From NCBI GenBank assembly GCA_051955775.1, contig JBQCGJ010000244.1, forward strand, positions 1 through 42,836: a DNA stretch of 42,836 bases, given 5' to 3'. Positions within the stretch are counted from its first letter, which is position 1. Each line of letters starts with the position of its first letter. The notes beneath the pieces were generated by a model that was not told where the DNA came from, searched no databases, and saw only the letters and a list, made by a program, of their open reading frames with translations. Shown piece by piece: positions 23,575 through 32,668 of the stretch. This stretch comes from Gaiellales bacterium. Its GTDB lineage: Bacteria > Actinomycetota > Thermoleophilia > Gaiellales > JAICJC01. Position numbers and translations under genes: made by a program.

Positions 23575-24485
23575 GCAAGATCGCGTTCTGCTTCCCCGGG
23601 CAGGGGAGCCAGCGCGTGGGCATGGGTCGTGAGCTGGCTGCGGCGTACCCGGAGGCCGCCGCGGTGTACGAGGAGGCGTCCGACGAGCTCGGATTCGACG
23701 TGGCCAAGCTGTGCTTCGAGGGGCCGCTGGATCAGCTGTCACAGACCGAGCTGACCCAGCCGGCGCTGGTGGCGACATCGCTGGCAGCGCTGCGCGCCGT
23801 GCAGGTCAGGCTGGGCGTGCAGCCCGACGTGGTGGTCGGGCACAGCGTGGGTGAGTACGCCGCCATCGCGGCCGCCGACAGCGTCGGCATCGGAGCCGTC
23901 TCGCGGCTTGTCCGCGAACGCGGCCTGGCCATGGCGGCGTCCCGCGCCAACGGCGCCATGGCGGCGGTGCTGGGCCTGGATGACGACGAGGTGGAGCGGC
24001 TGTGCGCCGAGCGCGGTGACGTCTGGCCCGCCAACTACAACTGCCCCGGCCAGCTCGTCATCTCGGGCCGGGAGGACGCCGTGTCAAGCGTCGGCGACCG
24101 CGCTCGCGAGCTTGGTGCGAAGGTGGTCAGGCTGCGGGTCTCGGGGGCATTCCACAGCCCGCTCGTCGAGGATGCTGCACATCGCCTGGAGCCCGCGCTG
24201 CGCGCGGTCAGCTTCGGTGACCTGAAGACGCGCTTCGTGTCCACCGTGTCGTCCAAGCTGGAGACGGTCGACCGGGTGCCGGGGCTGCTGGTCGAGCAGC
24301 TCACCGCGCCCGTGCGCTTCACCCAGGCCGTACTGGGGATGGTGGCCGACGGCGTGCGCACCTTCGTCGAGGTCGGCGCCGGCAGCGTGCTGTCCGGGCT
24401 GGTCAAGCGGATCGACCGCAACGTGACCGCGGTGTCGGTGAGCACGCCCGACGACCTGCGAGCCGCTGAGGGCACGATTGCCTGA
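23571..24485 (+). CDS. fabD: Malonyl-CoA:ACP transacylase
   Basis: FPGQGSQ, GHSVGEY and GAFHS motifs. Confidence 0.96.
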   Translation: MSKIAFCFPGQGSQRVGMGRELAAAYPEAAAVYEEASDELGFDVAKLCFEGPLDQLSQTELTQPALVATSLAALRAVQVRLGVQPDVVVGHSVGEYAAIAAADSVGIGAVSRLVRERGLAMAASRANGAMAAVLGLDDDEVERLCAERGDVWPANYNCPGQLVISGREDAVSSVGDRARELGAKVVRLRVSGAFHSPLVEDAAHRLEPALRAVSFGDLKTRFVSTVSSKLETVDRVPGLLVEQLTAPVRFTQAVLGMVADGVRTFVEVGAGSVLSGLVKRIDRNVTAVSVSTPDDLRAAEGTIA

Positions 24486-25230
24486 GCGCGAGCTGGACGG
24501 GCGGGTGGCGCTGGTCACCGGCGGGTCGCGCGGCATCGGCGCGGCGATATGCGCCGAGCTGGCCGCGGCCGGAGCGACCGTGGCCGTCAACTACGCCCGC
24601 CGGTCCGACGCCGCGGAGGCGGTGGTGGAGGAGATACGCGGGGGCGGGGGCACCGCACATGCGATCGAGGGCGACATCTCCACGGCCGCGGGGGCGACCG
24701 GGCTGGTCGAGCACGTCGAGGCCGAGATCGGGCCGATCGCGATCCTCGTGTGCAACGCGGGGATCACGCGCGACGACCTGATCATGAGGCTGGACGAGAC
24801 CGCGTGGCGGGAGGTGATCGACACCAACCTGGGCGGCGCATTCTTCACTTGCCGGGCGGTGGCGAGGCCGATGCTGAAACGACGGGCCGGCGTGATCGTC
24901 ACCATGTCATCCGTCGTGGGCGTGCACGGGAATGCTGGTCAGACCAACTACGCAGCGTCCAAGGCGGGCCTGATAGGCCTCACCAAATCACTGGCCAAGG
25001 AGCTCGGCGGGCGGGGGATCCGGGTCAACGCGATCGCCCCCGGCTACATCGCCACGGACATCACGGCGGGCCTTCCGGAGCAGGCCACCGAGGCCATCCT
25101 GGCGTCCACGCCGCTGGGCCGGCTGGGCACGCCGGCGGATGTGGCGGCGGCTGTCAGGTTTCTGGTGTCGGATGCGGCAGGATTCATCACGGGTGATGTG
25201 TTGGCAGTGGACGGAGGTCTGGGGGCATGA
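24478..25230 (+). CDS. fabG: 3-oxoacyl-ACP reductase
   Basis: TGGSRGIG, NAGITRD and GQTNYAASK motifs. Confidence 0.95.
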   Translation: MPERELDGRVALVTGGSRGIGAAICAELAAAGATVAVNYARRSDAAEAVVEEIRGGGGTAHAIEGDISTAAGATGLVEHVEAEIGPIAILVCNAGITRDDLIMRLDETAWREVIDTNLGGAFFTCRAVARPMLKRRAGVIVTMSSVVGVHGNAGQTNYAASKAGLIGLTKSLAKELGGRGIRVNAIAPGYIATDITAGLPEQATEAILASTPLGRLGTPADVAAAVRFLVSDAAGFITGDVLAVDGGLGA

Positions 25231-26483
25231 GCTCGAACGGGCGGCGGAGAGTGGTGGTCACGGGCGTGGGCATGGTCAGCCCCTGCGGGCTGACGTTCGA
25301 CGAGTCGTGGCAGGGGATCCGGGACGGCGTGCCCGGGGTGGCCCGTGTGGAGGGCGTCGACATGCCCGAGGGTACGGTGGATATCGCGGCGCAGGTCAAG
25401 GGCTTCGACCCCGAGCAGTGGATGGAGAAGCGCTCCGCGCGGCGCACCGACCGTTTCTCGCAGTTCGCGGTGGCCGCGGCGAAGATGGCGATCGAGGACG
25501 CCGGCCTCGAGATCGGGGATGACGCACATCGCATCGGATGCTCCATCGGCACCGGGATCGGCGGACTGGGCACGCAGGAGGTGGCCCACGCCAAGCTGTT
25601 CGAGGCCGGCCCGAGCCGTCTCAACCCGTTCTGGGTGACCGCGCTGATCGCGAACATGGGCGCGGCGGAGGTGTCGATGTCGCTGGGCACGCGCGGGCCG
25701 CTGACGACCGAATGCACGGCCTGCGCGGCCTCCGGCATGTCGCTCGGCAACGCGCTTCTGTACATCCGCGCGGGGATGGCCGACGCGATGCTCGCCGGCG
25801 GGGTGGAGGCGCCGATCTGGCGGCTCGCCCTGGGCGGATTCGGCACCATGCGCGCGCTGTCGAGGCGGCTCGACGATCCGGCCGGCGCCAGCCGTCCGTT
25901 CGACTCCGGGCGCGACGGGTTCGTGCTCGCCGAGGGCGGCGCGGTGCTCGTGCTGGAAGAGCTGGAGCGGGCGCGGGCGCGCGGCGCCCGCATCCTCGGG
26001 GAGGTGGCCGGCTACGGCATGTCCTCAGACGCCCATCACGTGACCGAGCCCGACCCGGTCGGCACCAACCCGGCTCGCGCCATGACGATGGCGATGGAGG
26101 ACGCCGGCGTCACGCCGGACCAGATCGGGTATATCAACGCGCACGGCACGTCAACGCCCGCAGGCGACACGGCCGAGACCAGGGCGCTGAAGCTCGCGCT
26201 GGGCGAGGACGAGGCGCGGCGGATCCCGATCTCGTCGACCAAGGGCGTGACCGGCCACATGCTGGGGGCGGCCGGGGCGGTCGAGGCCGCCGTGACCCTG
26301 GCGGCGATGCGCGACGGCTTCGTGCCGCCGACCGCCAACCTGACCGATCCCGACCCGACGTGTGACCTGGACTACATCCCGAACACCGGTCGCGCCGCCG
26401 ACGTCGAGGTCGCCATCTCCAACTCCTTCGGGTTCGGCGGCCATAACGCCGTGCTCGTGCTGCGGCGGGAGCCGGTGGACTGA
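25227..26483 (+). CDS. fabF: Beta-ketoacyl-ACP synthase II
   Basis: TACA, NAHGTST, GHMLGAAG and SNSFGFGG motifs. Confidence 0.95.
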   Translation: MSSNGRRRVVVTGVGMVSPCGLTFDESWQGIRDGVPGVARVEGVDMPEGTVDIAAQVKGFDPEQWMEKRSARRTDRFSQFAVAAAKMAIEDAGLEIGDDAHRIGCSIGTGIGGLGTQEVAHAKLFEAGPSRLNPFWVTALIANMGAAEVSMSLGTRGPLTTECTACAASGMSLGNALLYIRAGMADAMLAGGVEAPIWRLALGGFGTMRALSRRLDDPAGASRPFDSGRDGFVLAEGGAVLVLEELERARARGARILGEVAGYGMSSDAHHVTEPDPVGTNPARAMTMAMEDAGVTPDQIGYINAHGTSTPAGDTAETRALKLALGEDEARRIPISSTKGVTGHMLGAAGAVEAAVTLAAMRDGFVPPTANLTDPDPTCDLDYIPNTGRAADVEVAISNSFGFGGHNAVLVLRREPVD

Positions 26484-26507
26484 CGTCGCCGCCCGGCGGC
26501 CGTCCAC

Positions 26508-26533
26508 GCAACCTTTTCCGAGCCTGTATCGTC
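26508..26533 (+). promoter_or_regulatory. ECF-type promoter GCAACC-N16-CGTC, copy 2 (upstream of accD)
   Basis: Lies in the only sizeable intergenic gap of the fab cluster; identical hexamer, tetramer and spacing to copy 1. Confidence 0.7.
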
Positions 26534-26549
26534 CGGACTTCAGCCTCAC

Positions 26550-27524
26550 GTGGCCGATCACATCAGCGTCGATATCACCCGTGTGACCGATGGCGATGCC
26601 GATCCCGGCCCCGCCACGCGCACCCGCAACACCTGCCCTCGCTGTGCGTCGCATTACCGCGAGGATGAGATGGTGGCCAACCTGCGGGTGTGCACGCACT
26701 GCGGCTACCACTTCCCGGTGGCCGCCCGCGAGCGCATCGTGCAGCTTGTCGACGAGGGGTCGTGGACCGAGGTGGCGCGCGGCCTGCAGTCCGCCGACCC
26801 GCTGGAGTTCACCGACACCAGGCCGTACACCGAGCGCACGGCCGACGCCCAGGAGGCCACGGGGCTGCTGGACGCGGTGCTGGTCGGTGTGGCCTCGATC
26901 GGCGGCCAGCGCACCGCGCTCGCCGTCATGGACTTCACGTTTCTCGGCGGGTCGATGGGGTCGGTGGTGGGCGAGAAGTTCGTGCGGGTCGCCCATGTCG
27001 CTCTGGAGCAGCGGATCCCGCTGGTGTCGGTGGCGTCGTCCGGCGGCGCCCGCATGCAGGAGGGCGTGCTGGCGCTGATGCAGATGGCGAAGACGGTGTC
27101 GGCAGTGGACGAGCTGCGTGAGGCCGGCCGCCCATTCGTGTCGGTGCTCGCACACCCCACGACCGGCGGCGTGGCTGCCAGCTTCGCCGCGCTGGGCGAC
27201 GTCATCATGGCCGAGCCGGGCGCTCTGCTGTCGTTCTCCGGCCCGCGGGTGGTCCGTCAGACCACCCGGGAGACGGTGCCCGACGACTTCGGCCTGGCCG
27301 AGTCCAACCTCGAGCACGGCCACATCGACATGATCGTTGCCCGCGCCGAGCTGCGCGACCAGCTGGCGAGAGCGGTCGCCCTGCTGTCGGGCGGCACGCC
27401 GTACCGGCGGCCGACCGTGCTCGAGATCGATGCGGTGGGCGCGTTCGCCCGAGTGCTCGGCGACATGCGGCGGCGGGTGGGCGGCGTCTTCCGGCCGCCC
27501 TCCGACAACGGCGAGGGTCCGTGA
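26550..27524 (+). CDS. accD: Acetyl-CoA carboxylase carboxyltransferase beta subunit
   Basis: CPRC..CTHC zinc finger, GGSMGSVVGEK and SGGARMQEG. Confidence 0.95.
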   Translation: MADHISVDITRVTDGDADPGPATRTRNTCPRCASHYREDEMVANLRVCTHCGYHFPVAARERIVQLVDEGSWTEVARGLQSADPLEFTDTRPYTERTADAQEATGLLDAVLVGVASIGGQRTALAVMDFTFLGGSMGSVVGEKFVRVAHVALEQRIPLVSVASSGGARMQEGVLALMQMAKTVSAVDELREAGRPFVSVLAHPTTGGVAASFAALGDVIMAEPGALLSFSGPRVVRQTTRETVPDDFGLAESNLEHGHIDMIVARAELRDQLARAVALLSGGTPYRRPTVLEIDAVGAFARVLGDMRRRVGGVFRPPSDNGEGP

Positions 27525-28366
27525 CCGCCGGCGGCCGCAGATTCGGGTTCCTGCGCCGGGGTGGGGCGGATGCCGACTCCTGGCATGCCGTCCAGCTTGC
27601 CCGGCACCAGGATCGCCCATACACCCTGGACTACCTCGGGCGTATCTGCGACGACTTCATGGAGCTGCACGGCGACCGGGCAGAGGGCGACGACCCGGCG
27701 ATCGTCGCCGGCATCGGCTCGTTCCGCGGCCAGTCCGTGGCCTTCGTCGGTCATCAGAAGGGCCGTGACCTCAAGGAGCGCACCTTCCGCAACTTCGGCA
27801 TGCCGCGCCCGGAGGGGTACCGCAAGGCGATGCGGGTGTTCCAGCTCGCCGCCCGTCTGGACTTCCCGGTTGTCACCCTCATCGATACGCCCGGCGCCTA
27901 CCCGGGCGTTGGCGCCGAGCAGCGCGGCCAGTCCGGCGCGATCGCTCGCTCGCAGATGCTGCTGATGGGCCTGCGGGTGCCGGTGGTGGCCTGTGTGATC
28001 GGTGAGGGCTCGTCCGGCGGCGCGCTCGCGATCGGGGTGGCCGACCGCGTACTGATGCAGCAGAACGCGGTGTACACGGTGATCTCGCCTGAGGGCTGCG
28101 CGTCGATCCTGTGGAAGGACGCCGGCGAGGCCAGGCGGGCGGCGGGCGCGCTCAAGCCCACGGCCGAGGCGTGCCTGGCGCTGGGTGTGGTCGACGACAT
28201 CGTGCCCGAGCCGTCGGGCGGCGCGCACCGCGACCCGGCTCGCTCAGCCGAGCTGTTGGCCGACGCCATCGCAGGCGAGCTGGAGGTGGTCAGCGCCATC
28301 CCGCCTCCGGAGCGCCGCCGGCTGCGACGGGAGAAGTTCCAGCGGCTTGGCGCGTGGGTCGAGTAG
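27521..28366 (+). CDS. accA: Acetyl-CoA carboxylase carboxyltransferase alpha subunit
   Basis: ELHGDR, RNFGMPRPEGYRKA, IDTPGAYPG and SPEGCASILW motifs. Confidence 0.95.
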   Translation: MTAGGRRFGFLRRGGADADSWHAVQLARHQDRPYTLDYLGRICDDFMELHGDRAEGDDPAIVAGIGSFRGQSVAFVGHQKGRDLKERTFRNFGMPRPEGYRKAMRVFQLAARLDFPVVTLIDTPGAYPGVGAEQRGQSGAIARSQMLLMGLRVPVVACVIGEGSSGGALAIGVADRVLMQQNAVYTVISPEGCASILWKDAGEARRAAGALKPTAEACLALGVVDDIVPEPSGGAHRDPARSAELLADAIAGELEVVSAIPPPERRRLRREKFQRLGAWVE

Positions 28367-28376
28367 CCTCTCGCCG

Positions 28377-29423
28377 GTGACGCGACGCGAGACGCTCACC
28401 TTCGCGGCCGTGTTCGGCCTGGCGGCGGTCGCGGTGATCTTGCGAATCGCCGGCGTCGCCGGGCAGGTGGTGTTCATCATGTCGGCGGCGTCGCTGATGG
28501 CGCTGGCGTGGCTGCTGGGGGAGGCCACCGACCAGGCCGGCGACACGGCCGGGCCGCGTGTGTCCGCGCTGCTCAACGCCTCCATGGGCAACCTGCCCGA
28601 GATGGTGATCGTGGTGCTCGCGATCAACGCGGGGCTTGCTGACATCGCCCGCGCGTCCATCATCGGCTCGGTGATCGGGAACATCCTGATGATCCTCGGC
28701 CTGTCGCTCGTGCTGGGAGGCTGGAAGAACGGCGTTCAGACCTTCAACCAGCGGCTGGCTGCCACCAACTCCTCGATGCTGGTGCTGGCGGTTGCCGGGC
28801 TGGGCGTGCCGACGCTGTTCGCCGCGGTCAACTCGGATGCACATGACGCGGAGGTGTTGTCGTGGTGGACCGCCGCGGCGCTGCTGGTCACGTACGTGGC
28901 CTACCTGTACTACTCGTTCACCACGCCGGGCCTGCGCTACCGCCACAAGCATCAGGGCGGGACGTGGACGCGCACGCAGGCGGTCGCGCTGCTGTGCCTG
29001 ACCGCGCTGGCGACCGGCGTGGTCAGCGAGGTGCTGGTGCACTCGATCGCGCCCACCGTGCGCGACCTGGGCGTGCCGCGGGCGTTCATCGGGCTGATCG
29101 TGGTGCCGTTCGTGGGGAACGCCGCCGAGCATTTCTCCGCCGTTCGCCTGGCCTACCGGAACAGCCTCGACTTCGCGATGGGCATCGCCTACGGGTCGGG
29201 CATCCAGATCGCCCTGGCCGCGTCGGCGCTGGCGGTGTTCGCGTCGATCCCGCTCGGCCCGAACCTGACGCTCGTCTTCCCGCCGCTGGAGCTGGCGGCC
29301 CTGGCGGCGGCGGCGCTGGTGTCCACGCTGGTCGCACGAGGCGGCGAGACCAACTGGCTCGAGGGCCTGCAGCTGCTGGTCATCTATTTCGTGGTTGCGG
29401 TGTCTTTTTGGTTGCTCGGCTGA
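28377..29423 (+). CDS. Ca2+/H+ antiporter (CAX/ChaA, CaCA family)
   Basis: Alpha repeats GNLPE and GNAAEH, SIIGS..GN, TNWLEG. Confidence 0.9.
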   Translation: MTRRETLTFAAVFGLAAVAVILRIAGVAGQVVFIMSAASLMALAWLLGEATDQAGDTAGPRVSALLNASMGNLPEMVIVVLAINAGLADIARASIIGSVIGNILMILGLSLVLGGWKNGVQTFNQRLAATNSSMLVLAVAGLGVPTLFAAVNSDAHDAEVLSWWTAAALLVTYVAYLYYSFTTPGLRYRHKHQGGTWTRTQAVALLCLTALATGVVSEVLVHSIAPTVRDLGVPRAFIGLIVVPFVGNAAEHFSAVRLAYRNSLDFAMGIAYGSGIQIALAASALAVFASIPLGPNLTLVFPPLELAALAAAALVSTLVARGGETNWLEGLQLLVIYFVVAVSFWLLG

Positions 29424-31695
29424 GCGAGGCTGGTCTGCGCGCACGGTTCGCCTCGCCACGCCGAGACGGGTCAGCCGCTGCCGCTGCCAGCAGCTCCAGT
29501 GTGCGCAGGGCGCCCTTCTTGGACAGCGGGTGGTTGAGGTCGCCGCACTTCGGCGACTGGACGCATGACGGGCATCCCCTGGCGCACGGGCACGCGCGCA
29601 GCAGCTCGGCCGTGGTGGCGGTCCAGCGCTCGAACAGCTCGAATCCGCGGGCGGCGATGCCGACCCCGCCCGGATGGCCGTCGTACACGAACACCGTGGG
29701 CAGGCCCGTGTGCATGTGGTGTGACGTCGACAACCCGCCGATGTCCCCGCGGTCGCACGTCGCGAGCAGCGGCAGCAGCGAGATCATGGCGTGTTCGGCC
29801 GCGTGCAGGCTGCCCAGCAGCGGCTCTCCGTCCGGCACGGCAGGACTGAACCACACCGCCTCGGTCGAATACGTGTGCGCGGGGAGCTCCAGCTCGGTGA
29901 GGTCGATCGGGGTGTGGTCGGCCAGCCGCCGGCGCTGGAACCCGACCACCTGCTCGCGCATCTCGACGCCTCCCAGCGTGAGGCAGATGCCCGCCTGCTC
30001 GCGTGCGGCGTGCTCCGCCTGCACGGTCACGGCCGAGACGGTCTTCGGCTGCGTGTAGTAGTCGCCGGCGAAGGGCTCGACGACAGCCACCCGCCCCTCC
30101 AGATCGAGCTCGCGCACCAGCAGCCGCTCGCCCTGGTGCAGATACACGGCGCCGGGATGCACCGTGGACGGCGCCCGGGCCACGTCGACCAGCCCGCACA
30201 GCGCGCCGGTGGCGGCATCCACCACCGCCACGGCGCCGGCGCCGGTCGATCGCAGTGAGATTCGGCCTGCCGGATGGTCGAGCCCGCGGAAGACGAATCC
30301 GGCCCGTGTCGGCGCCAGGTCGCTCAGCTCCGCCGCGAGCGCGAGCGCGCCGCGTCCGAAGTGCTGCTCGTCGGCGGGCACCAGCGGCCGTTCCGCCGCC
30401 GCCGCCAGCAGGTGGCCGGACAGCACAGCAGGATTCCCCGGATTGGCCACCGCGGCCTCCACCGGGCGCGCCAGCAGCTCGTCCGGGTGGCGTGCGAAGT
30501 ACTGGTCGAGCGCGTCGTCGCCCGCGACCATCACCCCCAGTCCCGCCCGCCGCCGGCCCGCACGGCCCCACTGCTGGCGAAGCGAGGCCATCGACCCGGG
30601 AAAGCCGACGGACACGGCGCAATCCAGGTGCCCGACATCCACGCCAAGCTCGAGCGCGCTGGTGGCGACGACCCCCAGCAGCCGGCCGCCGGCCAGGCCC
30701 TGCTCGATCTCGCGCCGCTGCTCGGGGGTGTACCCGGCCCGATACGGGGCGATGGCGGCCGCGGCCTGAGGCGCGTGCCGTTCCAGCGCCTCGCGGGCGT
30801 ACCGGTACATCAGCTCGCAACCGCGCCGGGACTTGGCGAACGCGATCGTGCGCACGTCGCGGGCGACCAGGCCGGCGAACAGGGCCGCGGCCTCGCCCAG
30901 CGCGCTGGCCCGGATGCCCAGCGCCTCGTCCAGCAGGGGCGGGTTCCACACGGCCAGCTCCCGCTCGGCCGCCGGCGAGCCGTCCTGCTCGATCAGCGTG
31001 ACCGGCCCACCGGCCAGCACCTCGGCCGCCGGCCCGGGGTTCGCGACGGTGGCGGACGCGAGCAGGAACCGCGGCCGAGATCCATAGGCCGCGCACACGC
31101 GTCGCAGCCGCGCCAGCACATTGGCCACGTGCGAGCCGAACACCCCGCGGTAGGCGTGTGCCTCGTCGACCACGACGAAGCGCAGGTTGGCCAGCAGGTC
31201 GGCCCAGGCGGCGTGTGCCGGGAGCAGTCCGACGTGCAGCATGTCCGGGTTGGTGAGCACCACGTTCGCCCACTCGCGGGCCTGGCGTCGCTGCGCCGGC
31301 GGCGTGTCCCCGTCGTACATGGCCAGCCGCAGGCCGGGCGGACGCAGGCCGGCCATCGAGCGCGCCTGGTCATGTGCCAGGGCCTTGGTGGGATACAGGT
31401 AGAGGGCGCAGGCCCGGCGGTCGCCGGCAACCGCATCCAGCACCGGCAGGTTGAACCCCAGCGACTTGCCCGATGCGGTGCCGGTGACGATCGCGATGTT
31501 GCCCAGCGCCGCCGCCGCAAATGCCTCGGACTGATGTGAGTAGAGCTGCTCGACGCCGGCCGCCCGCAGGGCCGCGGCCAGCTCGGGATGCAGGGTGTCG
31601 GGGAGCGGCGCCACCTGGGCCGGCCGGGCGGGCACGTCGCGCCGGGCAACCACCTGCTCCATGGCCAGCAGGTCTGCCCAGGCGGACGACGTCAC
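29380..31695 (-). CDS. DEAH helicase with C-terminal DUF1998 (MrfA/Hrq1/SftH-like)
   Basis: TASGKSL, DEAH, SAT, QQWGRAGRR; C..CPC..GCPSC zinc motif; GTGA overlap with pheA. Confidence 0.92.
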   Translation of the reverse strand: MTSSAWADLLAMEQVVARRDVPARPAQVAPLPDTLHPELAAALRAAGVEQLYSHQSEAFAAAALGNIAIVTGTASGKSLGFNLPVLDAVAGDRRACALYLYPTKALAHDQARSMAGLRPPGLRLAMYDGDTPPAQRRQAREWANVVLTNPDMLHVGLLPAHAAWADLLANLRFVVVDEAHAYRGVFGSHVANVLARLRRVCAAYGSRPRFLLASATVANPGPAAEVLAGGPVTLIEQDGSPAAERELAVWNPPLLDEALGIRASALGEAAALFAGLVARDVRTIAFAKSRRGCELMYRYAREALERHAPQAAAAIAPYRAGYTPEQRREIEQGLAGGRLLGVVATSALELGVDVGHLDCAVSVGFPGSMASLRQQWGRAGRRRAGLGVMVAGDDALDQYFARHPDELLARPVEAAVANPGNPAVLSGHLLAAAAERPLVPADEQHFGRGALALAAELSDLAPTRAGFVFRGLDHPAGRISLRSTGAGAVAVVDAATGALCGLVDVARAPSTVHPGAVYLHQGERLLVRELDLEGRVAVVEPFAGDYYTQPKTVSAVTVQAEHAAREQAGICLTLGGVEMREQVVGFQRRRLADHTPIDLTELELPAHTYSTEAVWFSPAVPDGEPLLGSLHAAEHAMISLLPLLATCDRGDIGGLSTSHHMHTGLPTVFVYDGHPGGVGIAARGFELFERWTATTAELLRACPCARGCPSCVQSPKCGDLNHPLSKKGALRTLELLAAAAADPSRRGEANRARRPASLSRATKKTPQPRNR

Positions 31696-32528
31696 GGCCG
31701 GGACGCGGCCGGATAACAGCCCAGGAAGCTCAGCTCGGCCACCTCGCGCTCCAGCGCGGCCAGCGCCTCCGACATGGGGGCGTCCAGCGGATGACCTTCG
31801 AGATCCGCGTAGAACTGGTAGTTCCACGGGCGTCCGGGGATGGGCCGGCTCTGCAGCGAGCACATGTTGACGCCGAAGGTCGCCAGCGGGTTGATCGCGG
31901 ATGCCAGCGCGCCGGGGTGGTGGTGGGTCACGAAACGCACCGCGGTGCGCCACTCGCGGCCGTCGTCACGGTCGAGCCGCGTGTGCGGGGCGATGGCCAC
32001 GAACCGCGTGTAGTTCTCGGCGTGGTCGGACACGTCGTTGAGGAGCACGGTCAGGCCCAGCCGCTCGCCGGCCCGGCGGGATGCGATCGCCGCCTGGGCC
32101 TGGTCGCGGGCCTCGGCCACGCGGCGGGCGGCGGCGGCGGTGGAGGGCGCCACATCCGGCAACGTGTCGGGCAGCGAGGACAGGAACCGCCGGCACTGCG
32201 CGAGCGCCGCCGGGTGGCTGTGGATCCGAGACAGAGCGTCGATGTTCGTGCCGGGCAGGCCGACCAGGCAGTGCGGGACCGGCAGCACCACCTCGTCGAC
32301 GATGGCCAGGGGCGCGTGCGACAGCAGGTCATAGGTCTCGGGGATGGCACCGGCCAGCGAGTTCTCGATCGGCAGCACGCCGCACGCCACCTCGCTCTTC
32401 GTCACCGCACGCATGACGTCCGCCGCCGACCGGCAGGGCTGCAGCTCGGCCGACGGGTACAGGCGGGCGGCCGCCTCCGCCGCGTACGCATCGGCGTCGC
32501 CGAAGTGGGCAATCATCATGCTGGTCAT
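31692..32528 (-). CDS. pheA: Prephenate dehydratase with ACT domain
   Basis: LPIENSLAG, SHPAALAQC, NYTRF, PGAL and LQSRP motifs. Confidence 0.93.
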   Translation of the reverse strand: MTSMMIAHFGDADAYAAEAAARLYPSAELQPCRSAADVMRAVTKSEVACGVLPIENSLAGAIPETYDLLSHAPLAIVDEVVLPVPHCLVGLPGTNIDALSRIHSHPAALAQCRRFLSSLPDTLPDVAPSTAAAARRVAEARDQAQAAIASRRAGERLGLTVLLNDVSDHAENYTRFVAIAPHTRLDRDDGREWRTAVRFVTHHHPGALASAINPLATFGVNMCSLQSRPIPGRPWNYQFYADLEGHPLDAPMSEALAALEREVAELSFLGCYPAASRP

Positions 32529-32542
32529 CCGTCCTCCGTCAT

Positions 32543-32570
32543 AAAAAAAGCCTCCGGGATCCGGAGGCTT
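32543..32570 (-). terminator. Attenuator intrinsic terminator upstream of pheA
   Basis: AAGCCTCCGG-ATC-CCGGAGGC followed by T7, 14 nt before the pheA ATG. Confidence 0.9.
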
Positions 32571-32601
32571 CGAGCCGCGTCGTGATGGTCTGGCCGCGCG
32601 C

Positions 32602-32661
32602 TCAGATGCCTCGGTGGGGGCTGGTAAAGGCGAAGCCGAACGCGAAGCAGGCGCGATACAT
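32602..32661 (-). CDS. Phe-rich leader peptide MYRACFAFGFAFTSPHRGI (pheL-like)
   Basis: Four Phe within 7 codons, directly upstream of the terminator and pheA; TGA-TAGCAT lies 7 nt before the ATG. Confidence 0.85.
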   Translation of the reverse strand: MYRACFAFGFAFTSPHRGI

Positions 32662-32668
32662 TGGGCGG

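Noticed and set aside
22127-26483. fab genes as a secondary-metabolite (type II PKS) cluster
   Set aside because: All are canonical FAS-II enzymes with no chain-length factor, cyclase or tailoring genes; acpP and accBC are presumably elsewhere
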